Source: Trypethelium eluteriae (taxonomy: Eukaryota). From it: a stretch of 64,000 nt of DNA. The notes under the pieces are model-generated. The model made no database searches. It saw nothing but the letters and a program-made list of their open reading frames with translations, and was not told the origin of the DNA. How positions within the stretch are numbered: the first letter of the stretch is position 1; each line of letters starts with the position of its first letter. The stretch spans positions 124,001-188,000 of the forward strand of contig JAVECL010000002.1 of assembly GCA_051942245.1 (NCBI GenBank), written 5' to 3'. The translations under genes were made by a program, and so were the position numbers. Below, piece after piece: positions 13,726 to 26,311 of this stretch.

Positions 13726-14354
13726 AGTACACTTTCCGACACTTCAGGCAAATCGCAGACATCCGACTCATTGCTTGCGAGCGTTGAATTCCTCACTATC
13801 GCCTTCATGGACGCCACGATTATAAGCAAAAAAGGGCGTGATGGAGGGGTGGGTTTGGAGGTTCTTTGCGACGCCTTTCCTTCCGCAGCCTTTCCATGAA
13901 ACTTTCCAAAAAATGACCGTGTGTAAGGTGGACAGTGAGATTGGGTGGGCTTCTTTTGCAGCTGTGAGAGGAGTAGAAGCTGGGGTTTTCGATGCGGAGT
14001 TTAGTCAAGTTCGTCCAATCATCTTACGGAAGCTTGTAGCTTAGAATCTGCCTATCAAGTCAATTTTTCAAATGGAAAAGTAGCTACAATAATTCTACTT
14101 GCCCAACTTAAGGAGATCGGTATCCAATCCAGGGGTATCCAGAGTTCAGCTTTCATGCCCGAGCTGTGCCGCAAGGAGATCTCGGCCTCAGGGACACGCA
14201 TTGCGGACAGCACTCGCGCCTCTCCTACAAAAGGGATCTACTGAGCAACAAGACGTTCTTCAGCATCTTGGCGCATCGCACATTTGTCCACCCTTGAGCT
14301 TCTCCTCACTATGATAAGTGGCGGAAAGAATGATCCACCTTGTCGTCATCCAAG

Positions 14355-15203
14355 ATGTCGCAAGCATCCTCCACCGCTGCCCTCCCAGAAGCCTCCACAT
14401 TTCTAACTTCCCTCATTGACGAACTAGCTACGTTGCCTTGCCAACGTGCGTCTGCTGTGCATCGTGAGGATGACGCGAGTCGCGCTGCTGTACCTGAAAA
14501 CCCTCTGCTTGGCCTTTCGGTAAAAGGAACAAGATTGCTCCTCACACTTCACGTCCTTTTCCCTCACGAATTGCTCCCGGCGCTCGACCTCCTTGAACGC
14601 GGCTGTGTCTTGCGGACTGTTGTCAAACCCAGAGCTGCCATTCTTCCGAATCAGAATTTGGGGCCGGATACGTTGTCGTTACTGATCCAATCTGAACAGA
14701 ATGACAAGCAAATCACAGCGTACTATGTCCAGTCGGCCTCTTCCACTGCTCACCATAAATTCAACAGCTCAAGGTATGCTAGGGAGGAGGGCAAGAGACA
14801 TTATGAAGTTCGACTTCATGCATGGCACTGTAGCTGTCCTGCTTTCGCGTTTGCAGCTTTCCCTGCGAGTGTACAAGACCACAACAAGGCTGGGCTCGGA
14901 GCTGGAGTTGAGCAGCAGGGACAGCAGAGGCGCGCTGTCGAAGCTGGGAGTGGAGAAAGGGACAGGCCTGGAGTCGAGGAGATGTGGCTGAATGTAGAGG
15001 GACCGATGGATGACGCAAGAAAAGCAGAGGCAACGAAAGCCTGGAGGTTCGGAGGACTGGGAGTTCGTGGGCAGGTGCCGGTGTGTAAGCATTTGCTTGC
15101 GTGTCTACTGGGCCAACAGTGCTTGTTACTCCAAGATTTCGTGCGAGAGAAGGAATTGAGCGTGGAGGAAGCTGCGGGATGGGCGGCTGGACTTGGGGCG
15201 TAG
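14355..15203 (+). CDS. SWIM zinc-finger protein (Sws1-like)
   Basis: LLTLHVLFPHELLPALDLLE, then YEVRLHAWHCSCPAFAF ... VCKHLLACLL (CxC...CxH SWIM motif). First in-frame ATG at 14355. Confidence 0.7.
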   Translation: MSQASSTAALPEASTFLTSLIDELATLPCQRASAVHREDDASRAAVPENPLLGLSVKGTRLLLTLHVLFPHELLPALDLLERGCVLRTVVKPRAAILPNQNLGPDTLSLLIQSEQNDKQITAYYVQSASSTAHHKFNSSRYAREEGKRHYEVRLHAWHCSCPAFAFAAFPASVQDHNKAGLGAGVEQQGQQRRAVEAGSGERDRPGVEEMWLNVEGPMDDARKAEATKAWRFGGLGVRGQVPVCKHLLACLLGQQCLLLQDFVREKELSVEEAAGWAAGLGA

Positions 15204-15415
15204 TGAGAGATTTCGAGGCTACGATTCAATGCGATTCTTTTGCTAATGGAGATATGAGACGTGGATGTTGATGGCATACGGTCTATGAAACCCAAGACTA
15301 AATGATATACTCTGGGTAAGGTAGGCAGTGCAGCCAGCACGGCGCTGTTGATTTCTCTAAAAATGCCAGAGAACCTATATATTACACGTAATCTCTCCTG
15401 CAACACACTCCTTTC

Positions 15416-16727
15416 TCACCCCTTCTTCCTTTCCCCATCCTTTTCTTTCCCTTTCTCTTTGCCTTTCTCCCCACCTTCACCCTCCTTCCTTCCTCCGTTC
15501 ATCCCATCCTTTTCTTTCCCCTCTCCAGTTGCACCATTCAGCATCTTCTCCCCTTCTGTCTTTTTCCCTGCTCCCTCTTCCCTCTCCTTCTCATCCTCAA
15601 GTCTCTTCGCCTCTTTCTCTTCCTGCGCTTGCCGGTTCTGGATCTTGTTTTCGATGAGATCGTGGAAGGCCGTAATGGCACGGATCAGTGAGCTCAGATA
15701 GATGGACATGAGCTGGTCATTTGTCTTGATGCTCATTGCTCTCGCCAATTCCGAGTTACCATCATTGCCTAGACCAACTCCAGCAGAAACGTACCCGTTT
15801 ACCCCATTCGTCGTCCCATTCGTATGCGACGCCTGGTGCATGGGAGGTCTCGGTGTCGACAGGTTCGGTAAGAGATTGAAAACGTCTTGCAAATTCCCCA
15901 AAATGGCATGATTGACAGGAAGGTCGCCGTCAAGGACTTTCTGGAGATAGGTACCAATGTCACGGAGGCGCAGATGTAGACCTTGCAGTGACTGTAGCTG
16001 CGAGGTTATACGTGTGGAAAGGGTGCCGACGGCAACGTCACGGATGTCGCGGAGGAGGTGTTCGACGCCGATCTCTTCGGCTTCTTCCGCCTCGATAGTA
16101 GAAGGGGTGTGAACGAACGTTTTGCTTGTTGTAGTTCCGTCCTATCAAAGGCACGTGGTCAGACAAATACTGTATGATAGTGAGGAATGCTGGATCTTTG
16201 GGAGACGCACATCTTTGATTTCCTCGACCGCAAAATATGCATCTGTAGGAACGCCAACTTCCTTGGGCTGCACATCAATGATGACCAGGAGAGGGTTCGG
16301 TGTGTATCTCTTGAACAGTTCGTTGATTTCTAGATCTGATGCTCGCAGCTTTGGTCCTGAGTGATACCAGCCGATTAACTTTTCGCGTGCGTTGACTTTC
16401 TTGAACATGTCGTTCATGGCTTCGATATAATTATGATCTATAAACCACACTGACGGATCCTTATCGTCTTCTTCGAAGGGGACTGCAGCACCAATACATC
16501 AGCTGTTCTATGGCCGCAAAATCTCTAGAGTGATCGGTCCTACCGGCAAAGCTGTTTGATACCCGAGCATTCTTGCCGTCATTCTGCCCAAGTAGCACGC
16601 CGACTACTCGTCGCCGTGTGCCTTTTGCTGATCGGCCGTAGTGGTCTGCTACAGAGAGGAGGACAAGTGGCGCGACAGAGACGTTTCGTGTGACAAGGGA
16701 AAGGGCTTCTGCAGTTGTAGCGGGCAT
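15416..16727 (-). CDS. RPN8: 26S proteasome lid subunit Rpn8 (MPN domain), 3 exons
   Basis: [83 protein letters not shown]. Confidence 0.96.
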
Positions 16728-17089
16728 ATCGAGACGGTTGCAAGGAGAACTGAGGTAAATCAAGGGAATGGGTGGGATTGGTGATGTCGTCGTTGAGTGA
16801 GACTTTCACAAGCTCTGAAAGCTTCGAAGCCAGGGTTAACTGCGGCTAGACGCGCGCGTAATAGCTAGCCAAACTGAGTGCCTACAGAGTACGGAGTACG
16901 CCACGAGCCACTCAAACAATCAAATCTAACATTTTCATTGCAAAGTACGAATGATGGCACATATTACATTCCTACCTCACTCATTGGTCTCAAACATAGT
17001 ATTTACACACACCAAAAAAAGGGGTATTCTCAGTAGAAGGAAGATCCAAATATTCAAGGGATCTGGGTTGCAACGGTGTACTGTAACTC

Positions 17090-18398
17090 CTACATTGTCG
17101 CTGTGGGGAAATAGTACTCGTCCCAAAGAAATTCATAATCTTCAATGATTCCCCCAATCAAATCTAGAAGGGGTTTGCCCTTCAGCGAAGAAGTGATTGA
17201 ATGAATCCATGCCCTGTTCAAGCATTAATATCGGATTCTCATATTTCCGCGATCTTGACCTACTTTGTGATATTCTCATAGAAAGCTCCTCGCATGGCCC
17301 ACCACCCGATGGACCAGGCCCGCTTCCGGAGCTCATCTCGCTCGAGGCCGGTGAGACCACGTAGGCCGCCAGCCAATCGCTCCTTGAAATCACGCTTTGC
17401 AAGTTGACGAGCGCCGTATTCAATAGCCAATCCTATCAACCATGGCCTCCAGTTCCTCCGGTCGTTTCTCCACCTTTGCAAGGCAAAGGCATAGAGGACG
17501 GGTCGTAATATGAATAATATCTCCCCGATTTCGCCTTTGCCTTTGACACGATGAAGAAGGGCCTTTGGGGGCTTGATGTCGTCCGCTGTCAAGACTTTTG
17601 AAAGGAGATAGCTCGAGATGTCCGAGGAATCTGGAAGGCTCGGCATGGACAGTCCTGTCCGAGGCATCGTCCAATCCATATTTTCCGATCGTTCGCTTGG
17701 AGGAGTCTCCGCCCCGTCGAAACGAGACATTGGCTCCTCCGCCATATTTGGATCAATCTCCCTCTCCGGCAGGGGTGGCGTCAAAAGTGGCCTTCGGTTC
17801 GTCAGGCGGAGGAGGAATAGTCGGCAGAGCGCTTTGATTGACTCGACAAAGACGACAACTCGCCATCGAAATTGTTCACCTCTTCTCTTTGCAGCCATCT
17901 CGATCAATAACTCGGTATATTGAACCATTTGTAGTATGACTGCGATGCGCCTATAGGTTGGAGATTTCTGGGTCCAGAACTTTGTATAGCGGTTATGAGG
18001 ACTAGTCTTGTGAAGGCCGGGAAGACGAGCAATGGCTTTGGCGAGGAGAGAGTCATGGTATAATGAAAGCAGCTGGACACCACTGTGGACTGTATGGAGT
18101 GAAGATGAGTAGAAATGGCTAATGGCATGGAGTGGGAGTTTTACTTGACTCGGATGCAAGTTCTGATTCTCTAAAACGGCCTAAGGTGATGCATTGGCTT
18201 TTATCAAGAACTGAATGGATATAGGATTCTACCTGGTATGATGTAGGTCAATGATCGCAACCCAGACTCTATCTGCGAAACTGCGCTTGCATTCTTGGTA
18301 ACGAACTCCTCGTATGTATACGGAGAGTGCAAGATCCACGAAACGGTATGCTGAATGTGCGTGACAGACTCATGATATAGGTCCATCGCCCGCGACAT
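17090..18398 (-). CDS. PEX16: Peroxisomal membrane biogenesis protein Pex16, 4 exons (start at 18398 or 18386)
   Basis: YEEFVTKNASAVSQIESGLRSLTYIIPG|RFRESELASES, HSGVQLLSLYHD, HNRYTKFW, WWAMRGAFYENITK, and last exon ...IEDYEFLWDEYYFPTATM*. Confidence 0.92.
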
Positions 18399-18514
18399 GA
18401 CGAGCAACAATCTGCAACTGCGGTTCTGTTGTAGTTGAGGCAGTCCGATAAAGGGCTGGGGATCGCAATGGCGTTCCAAGCAAGGGGGCAAGGCACGGGC
18501 ACGTCACTCCGCAG

Positions 18515-18520
18515 CCTCGG
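18515..18520. promoter_or_regulatory. Candidate FarA/FarB (CCTCGG) fatty-acid response site in the PEX16 promoter
   Basis: AGCCTCGGC about 120 bp upstream of PEX16; the same 9-mer occurs upstream of the acyl-CoA dehydrogenase. Confidence 0.4.
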
Positions 18521-18626
18521 CTCCTGAGTCGTCTGCGACTCTTCTCAAGGTTCACGGGTGTGTCCCAATTGCCTCTCTTCCATCAACGCCGCATCTATCC
18601 TTCGAGACACGCACACGCCCAACGTC

Positions 18627-20648
18627 ATGTTTCCTTTCAATGGCGCACCACCTCCTTTTCCAAGTGTCTACGAGACGCAGCCTGCCCATCGAACTGAACC
18701 GTTTGGGGCCCCCATTTCTCAGCCCCAATCTTCACCCGGTCTCGCACTACAGCCAACTTCCATCACATCACCAAGTAATCCTGCTCCCAACTCGGACTCT
18801 GTAGTATCTTCCGCCACCAAAAGTGCACCTACTAGACCATCAAAGACCGGCCATGAGACGGCCGCGAAGCTGCGCGCAGACTGGGAGACAGCCTGGGCAA
18901 GCCAGTCCATGGCGGTATGTATATGTTCAGTACTTTGAAACCTCTGCGCTCTTTTGCCTCAAGATCGTCGAAGTTCCCTCTACATTCTTCATTTGCGTCT
19001 TCCTGTGTTTGGTGAATGTCCTAGTATCGAGCTTGTTTTCCCTACCCCTGGAGAATGTGGTCAGGCAAATCCAAATAATACTTCCAAACTTGGCGTGATG
19101 AAAAAGTAGCCTGCATATTCCATCTTCAAGTCCCTCCTAAATCAGAGCTTACCTTCACATAGCCCCCTCCACCGGCCATGTACAATTCGCGTGAAGAGAT
19201 GATCGAATCAGCGAAGCATTTCACCAAACGACACGGATATGATCTCGTTATTGGGCATTCTACTAAAAAGCACGGCGAATTTGCACGTTGCTGGCTTATG
19301 TGTGAATTGGGCGGAGAGTATCGAAATCGCCACCACCTTCAGCCGGGAGATCGTAAGCGTAAGCGGGAGTCACGGAAGACAAATTGTCCCTTTAAGCTGC
19401 TAGGATCCAGAAAACGTCATGAGACGCAGTGGCTTCTTTCTGTCAAGGATGGCAGACACAATCACGATGTCATCTCGAAACCCGGCGAGGAAGAAATTGT
19501 TGACTCTGACTTTCCAGATCTGGAAGATGCCTTATACCGATGGCACAGAGAGGCTCTGCTCCAAAACAACGATGCCGCAGTCCATGGCAATACTCTCAAA
19601 GCCAAGGCGCTGGAATTCTGGCACACTATGCCACAATATCAGAACCTTGAACCCCCCGATTTTGGGGGAGATTGGGTCAAGGCTTATCGCCGACGCCACG
19701 GCTTCCCCATCAAAATGGTTACCAAGACTCAACACAAGACGTCCACCCCTTCCAATCTCACAATGAGCTCCGTTAATGCCCAACGTCTCATGGACGCTAC
19801 CCAGACTCCGACTCCGACTCCCGTCGTTGATCCTGCACTTGGGAATGACACGAATGCCGGTAGTGACTTTCGCCTTCCCCCTTCTGCTACTCGTCTTATT
19901 CACGCCTTGCCTGCCGCTAACCAATCCCTCATTAACTCCATTGCCTCCCACGTTGCTACCGAAATGCGCTACAACGATGCTTCACACGACTTTCTCCACG
20001 TCCTTCGCGTCCTGTCTCTCTCTCTGCATATCCTTGCCTCGGAGTCGTCACCCCCTTCCTCTACTATCTCTAATTACGATCCCACTTCCATCATTCTTGC
20101 CGCCCTTCTCCACGACATCGCCGACCGAAAATATATTCCTCCATCCGCGACCGCCTCGGCCGAAAATGTCATCGCTGCGACCCTCCTCGACCACGGGAGT
20201 TCCGACGCGCTGGCTCTGAAAGTTCAAATGATTGCCCGTAATGTTAGCTTCAGCGCCGAACAAGCAAATCCGCGCATGAATCGCGCTGTCGTGGGCCAGC
20301 ATCCGGAATTGGCGGTCGTGCAGGACGCAGATCGGCTGGAGGCGATTGGAGCAGTGGGAATTGGCCGGACTTTTACGTACGGGGGTGCGAAGACGGGAGC
20401 AGTGGGTCACGCAGGGCGTGGGCTCCAGGACACTCTCGTGCATTTTGGAGAGAAGTTAGAACGAGTGGAGGCTCTGATGAAGGTGCGTAGTCCCATTCCT
20501 ACTATGTCTAGATATCTGAAGCATTGAGATAACGGATGCCGACTCTCTTTAGACTGATACGGGGAGGCGTCTGGCAAGAGAGCGGACCGAAAGATTGGCT
20601 GTATTTAAGCAGTGGTGGCAGGAAGAGACGGCGCTTGCTAGCACTTAG
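18627..20648 (+). CDS. Chimeric protein: Pro/Ser-rich N-terminus + FAR1/WRKY-like zinc finger + CENP-B/Tc5-type HTH + HD-domain phosphohydrolase, 3 exons
   Basis: Exons 18627-18914, 19163-20482 and 20553-20648 splice in frame (567 aa). Motifs: GYDLVI..S...C.LGG...SRKTNCPF.L....W......HNH; FPDLEDALYRW...LKAKALEFW...F..DWVKAYRRRHG; DASHDFLHVLRV, AALLHDIADRKY, VVQDADRLEAIGAVGIGRTFTYGG, MKTDTGRRLARERTERL..FKQWW. Confidence 0.8.
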
Positions 20649-20878
20649 CGCCTCGCCTCGATGTCAACAAGATACTGTACGCCCTGCTCATATTCTCGTA
20701 AGTGAGATCTGCTTCTCAAGCTACGTATCGCCATTGACTCATAAAGTTTGTCAGTCTTAGCCTACACGATAGTTCACATGCATCATTTAGTGAGAGAGAT
20801 TCATCAGGAAATCAAAAGCCTACACGGCTTCGTCTCACCTCAGTCGTCCTATACATCCACGAAATTCGCCCGTCATTT

Positions 20879-23093
20879 TTAAGCAGACCCCGCGACCTTG
20901 ACTTTCTCTCTGTACTCCTCGAAACTCTGGCTTTCATTTCCTACTTCCCCCACTCCGGTCTCTTCTCCGCCATTTCCGCCTCCATCACCTCCCGAACTAA
21001 AATCAGGCTTCTCTGGTTTGGGCGCCTCACCCCTTTTCTCAGCTTCCCAGGCCTCCTCCTCGGCAGCAATTAGGTTATAGAAGCGCTGCTGCTCACCACG
21101 GGGGAGGTAGATAGGTGGGCACTCGCGACGGACCACAGAACGGGTGATCAGGATGTGTTTGATAGGCGAGCCTACAGTAACCATTTGTTAGCAAAGGTGG
21201 GTGCAATCCTAGTCTCTATGAGTGCAGGCTGAACAAGTAGCAGTATCCTGTGGAAAAGCTCGGGCTGCTGAGTCGAAGGGTGGATCTGTATTGCCAAAAG
21301 AGAAAAGAATTCAAGAATGCGAGAGAACGAATAAACGGCTCAAACTGACCAGGCACGTCAAACATTCCCTCTCCCACCACCCTCTCCATCACTGTCCGTA
21401 GTCCCCTGGCCCCGGTCCCCATCTCCCGCGCCTGCCCGGCCATTTCCCACAGCGCAGCCCCGGTAAACCGCAGCTCAGCGCCGGATAATGCAAATAACTG
21501 TTCGTACTGGCGCAGTAGGCTATTACGTGGCTCGGTGAGGACACGTACGAAGGATGCATGGTCGAGGGGTGCAACAGCACACGTAACGGGGATGCGGCCA
21601 ATGAGTTCAGGGATGAGGCCGTAGCGGTGGAGATCAGTAGGAATGACGAGATCGAGGGTGTTGTGGGATTGTTGCAGGTTCGGCAGTGGAGAATTTTGGG
21701 GCGAAGGAGCTTGTTGGGGAAGACCCGTGGACGCGGGCGCGCCAAATGGGGCTTTGGGCTGAGAGGATTGTTCGTTAAATAGTGTATAAAAGGGAAGGTG
21801 TTTGCGAAAAAGCTCGTCTTCGCCAGCGAGCATGGTATCATGAGAATCGGATCCATCTGTGGAGGTTGACCGCACCTGAGCCCCAAAGCCAATGCTGCCT
21901 TTGGATATGCGGTCGAGGATCATCTTGTGAAGGCCTATAAAAGCCCCAGTACAGATGAAGAGAATGTTATCAGTGCGGACGTTAAATACGTCCCCTTTGT
22001 TTCCGCTGCCTTGGGCTGGAGTTGTTGGGCCTGCTCCTAAGGGGCTATTGCTACTAACATTGTTCAACGGTTGACCCATGCCAGAACCTCCCCTTCCACT
22101 TCCACTTCCAGGACCTGGCCCGTGGCCGCCTTGGGCATTCCGCTCTTGCTTCGCGGTAACTTGGACTGTTGTTCCTTCGACAATCTTTAACAGTGCCTGC
22201 TGCACACCTTCACCACTTACGTCCTTTCCATGACTCACCCGCGCCATTGCGATTTTGTCAATCTCGTCTAAGCAAACGATCCCTCTTTCGGCCTTTGTAA
22301 CATCCCAATTAGCTGCACTTAATAATCGGGATATGCAAACATCGGCATCTTCTCCGATATAGCCTGCTTGGGTAAATGGGGTACAGTCTGACATGCTAAA
22401 GGGTACTTCAAGTACACGAGCGAGGGTCTTTGCCATGAGAGTTTTCCCCACGCCGGACGGACCGAGCATCAAGATATTGGACTTTTCGATGGTCATAGGG
22501 GAGGCGTCGTGGAGAGGTTGAGAGCCGAGTGGTGGATTGGAGGATTGATGAGTGTAGGATTGCGGATGGTTTGGCGGATACAGATTGATGGTATGCTGCT
22601 GGCCTGGGAACTCATCTGGAGAGAAGGCACTTTAGCAATACATTCTAGGACAATATCTAGCTTTCAATAGCGAATCTTAAGCACCTTCGACAGGGTGTCT
22701 AGAGCTCATCTCTCTTCGCGCCTGGGTAGCCAGCATTTCCTCCTCTTCTTCTTCGCGCCGCTGTATCTCTTGTATTCTCTGATAATGATTATACACCGCT
22801 ACGCTCAAGATCTTTTTTGCTCGCTCTTGTCCAACTACGAACTGATCCAGATGCGACTTGAGCATTTTCGGTGTTATCCGAGTACTGTAAATCTGGGCGT
22901 CACCGAGAGGTCCACTGGTGGGCTGTCCTGGCTCGTAGAAGCCTGTAAAACCTTGGTTCGCAAAGTCTGAGCGATGATACTGTCCAGAACATCTTGAGGC
23001 GCTTGAATGGAAGCTCCGGCCGATTGAGGCAAGTGCGAGATACGATAGCCGGGCCTGAGGTGAGACGGGAATGGTCCAAGTAACGGGTTTCAT
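20879..23093 (-). CDS. clpX: Mitochondrial ClpX-type AAA+ ATPase, 3 exons
   Basis: Presequence-like N-terminus; [23 protein letters not shown]; Walker [64 protein letters not shown]. Confidence 0.93.
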
Positions 23094-23829
23094 GGTATTC
23101 CGGGGAGAAAAAAGAAAGGACACATGCGCGGAGGTGGGAGTAACAGTAGTACACGATGGCGGCGTGTGTTTCGGAGGTAGAGGGAATGTGAATGAAGTTT
23201 CTTAGACCGTGTTCCTCTCGTCTCCACGACGAAGTAATCTAGTTCGCATTTACTCCGCAGACGCCGCAGCTATCATTACAGCGGGGCGGATTTGCTACGC
23301 TACCTAGTACCCTCCGTGCCCTCTACTCCCTCGTACACATGTAAGCACACACAGCTCGCTTGATACCCTGATCCTGACACGCCTGGTCCTTGCGTCTCCC
23401 GAAATGCGTATCGATAACAGGAGAACCAGAAGTGTTGCCATCTGTAATGCAGCAGTTCGACAGAGCTCGTCTCAGGCTCCAGCTATCTCTGGAGCATTTC
23501 CATTGCCTCGTCTACACTTACATCCCGGAAGCCAGGGATATTCTGGAAATCAGGGATTGAGATTCGCAGCCTCGCCAAAGGCCCGACAGCTGCAGGATGA
23601 CGTTCCCAGAGCCGATCCTGGAGGTTTGGGAATCAACAGCAACGGCTTGCGCTTGTGAAAGTTGACCAACGCGGGGCTGGTGGGGCTATGGGGATATTAA
23701 TCACTTTGTCGCGCGACTCTGTGTACAACATCCAATATTTGATGCGTGATTCTCAGCTCAAATTTCTCGACGATAAATCCTATTACTCCCCTTCCATCCA
23801 CCTCCCTTCTCCCATCGCGCGAAAGCAAC

Positions 23830-26311
23830 ATGGATCCTCTTAATCAGACTTCAGACAACTCAATTCAGGGTGATACGGCAGGTGGCGTACCCAACGATGG
23901 CACTGGTACACCTCTGGAGGTCGAATAGCCAAACATCGCTGATTCTGCCTAGGCGTCATTCAGCTTGACCCGTGGCTTTCTCCTTTCAAGGATGCTCTCA
24001 AGAGCCGACATAGCAAGGTACAGCAGTGGATAAGGACAATCAATGACACCGAAGGCGGTCTCGGGAAATTCAGCAGAGTATGGAAACCTATACGTATGGT
24101 GGACATACACTAAAGGTTGGGCAGGGTTACGAGAAATTCGGCTTTAACGTACGCGACAATGGTGATATTGTGTACAGAGAGTGGGCTCCTAATGCCATGC
24201 GAGCATACCTGATCGGAGACTTCAGTAAGCAGCAAGACTTTCCTCCGCGAAAAAAACCGGTCTGATGCATATTGCAGATGGTTGGAATCGTGATTCGCAT
24301 CCAATGACGAAGGACCATTTTGGTGTGTGGGAAATTGTCCTTCCAGCAGTTGATGGGCACACAGCGATACCGCATGATTCTAAAGTCAAAGTCAGTGACA
24401 CGTGTCGCAGCCTATCGGAACACTGTTCATCTAACCGCTCTCAGATCTCAATGGTTGTACCCAACGATCATGCACGACAAGAACGTGTACCAGCTTGGAT
24501 CAAACGCGTAACTCAGGACCTCCAATTCTCCCCTACGTACGATGCAAGGTTCTGGAATCCACCTAGAGACCAGCAGTACGTCTTCAAACATCCGCGGCCG
24601 AAGAAACCGGCAAGCGCAAGAATTTACGAGGCACATGTTGGGATTTCTTCCCCGGAGCCAAAAGTCGCCTCATATAAGGAATTCACGCACAACGTGCTTC
24701 CTCGCATTCGAGATCTTGGGTACAACGTGATCCAATTGATGGCAGTGATGGAACATGCATATTATGCCAGCTTCGGATATCAGATCAACAGCTTCTTTGC
24801 TGCAAGCAGTCGATACGGGTACCCGGATGATTTGAAAGAATTAATAGATACAGCGCATGCCATGGGTCTTGTGGTTCTGCTAGATGTAGTTCACAGTCAC
24901 GCCTCGAAGAATGTGGAAGACGGCCTCAACATGTTCGATAATACAGATCATATGTATTTTCACGAAGGTACAAAAGGTCGGCATGAGCTATGGGACAGCA
25001 GATTATTCAACTACGGCAGTCACGAGGTTCTTCGGTTTTTACTTTCCAATCTTCGTTTTTGGATGGAGGAATATCAGTTTGATGGCTTCAGATTTGACGG
25101 TGTTACCAGCATTCTCTACACTCATCATGGGATTGGAACGTGAGTGGTGCCGTTCTGCCTCAAGAATTAGTGCTAAAAGTGACAGTGGGTTCTCTGGAGG
25201 TTATCACGAGTACTTTGGCTCCGGCGTCGATGAAGAAGGTGTCGTCTATTTGATGCTCGCCAACGAGATGCTACACAACATTTACCCGTCCTGTATTACC
25301 ATTGCTGAAGACGTATCAGGCATGCCTGCTTTATGTCTCGCCTTATCACTTGGTGGCATTGGCTTCGACTATCGCCTCGCAATGGCGATACCAGATTTGT
25401 ACATCAAGTGGTTGAAAGAGAAGCAAGATATAGACTGGGATATGGGCAATCTTGCCTTTACTCTCACCAACCGCCGCCATGGCGAGAAGACGATTGCCTA
25501 TGCCGAATCTCATGATCAAGCGTAAGCCCTCCAAGCCCCCTTTTTCCTAATTCTCACGCGATATATACTCATGGAACTTTGCTAGTCTCGTCGGCGACAA
25601 ATCACTTCTAATGTGGCTTTGCGATGCGGAGCTCTACACCAACATGTCAACTATTTCCCCTCTCACTCCGGTTATCGAGCGTGGCCTTTCCCTGCACAAA
25701 ATGATCCGGCTCGTGACACATGGCTTAGGTGGCGAGGGCTATCTGAATTTTGAGGGCAACGAATTCGGACATCCGGAATGGCTCGACTTTCCTCGCGCTG
25801 GTAACGCCAATTCTTTCCACTACGCACGCCGGCAATTTAACCTTGTTGATAATCAGTTACTGCGGTATCGGTTCCTCAATGAATTTGACAAGCGCATGCA
25901 GTGGAAGGAGGAAAGATACGGCTGGCTACATGGTCCACAAGCCTACATCTCGCTGAAACATGAAGGGGACAAGGTCTTGGTATTTGAGCGGGCAGGTCTA
26001 CTTTGGGTATTCAATTTCCATCCCAGCTCTAGCTTCTCGGACTATAGAGTAGGCGTCGAACAGGAGGGTACATATCAAATTATAATCGATACTGATGCGG
26101 CAGAGTTTGGGGGACTGGGCAGAATCCAGCAGGGGACTAGATTCTTCACGACGGATTTTGCGTGGAATGGGAGAAAGAACTTCTTGCAAGTTTATGTACC
26201 TTGCAGAACGGCAATCGTATGTCCTTCCCCTCTAGCTGTATGTGACAATGGCCAAGACCCATAATACTCACGACTTTGTAGGTTCTAGCACTGGAGAGTA
26301 CAATCGAGTGA
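23830..26311 (+). CDS. GLC3: 1,4-alpha-glucan (glycogen) branching enzyme, GH13, 8 exons
   Basis: [88 protein letters not shown]; seven GT-AG introns traced. Confidence 0.97.

Noticed and set aside
18915..19162. Long intron containing GTGATGA (C-box-like), suggesting a snoRNA
   Set aside because: No downstream CTGA D box or terminal stem within the intron.
19178..19708. Active transposon interpretation of the FAR1/CENP-B modules
   Set aside because: No DDE catalytic domain, TIRs or target-site duplication, and the modules are in frame with a host-type enzyme.
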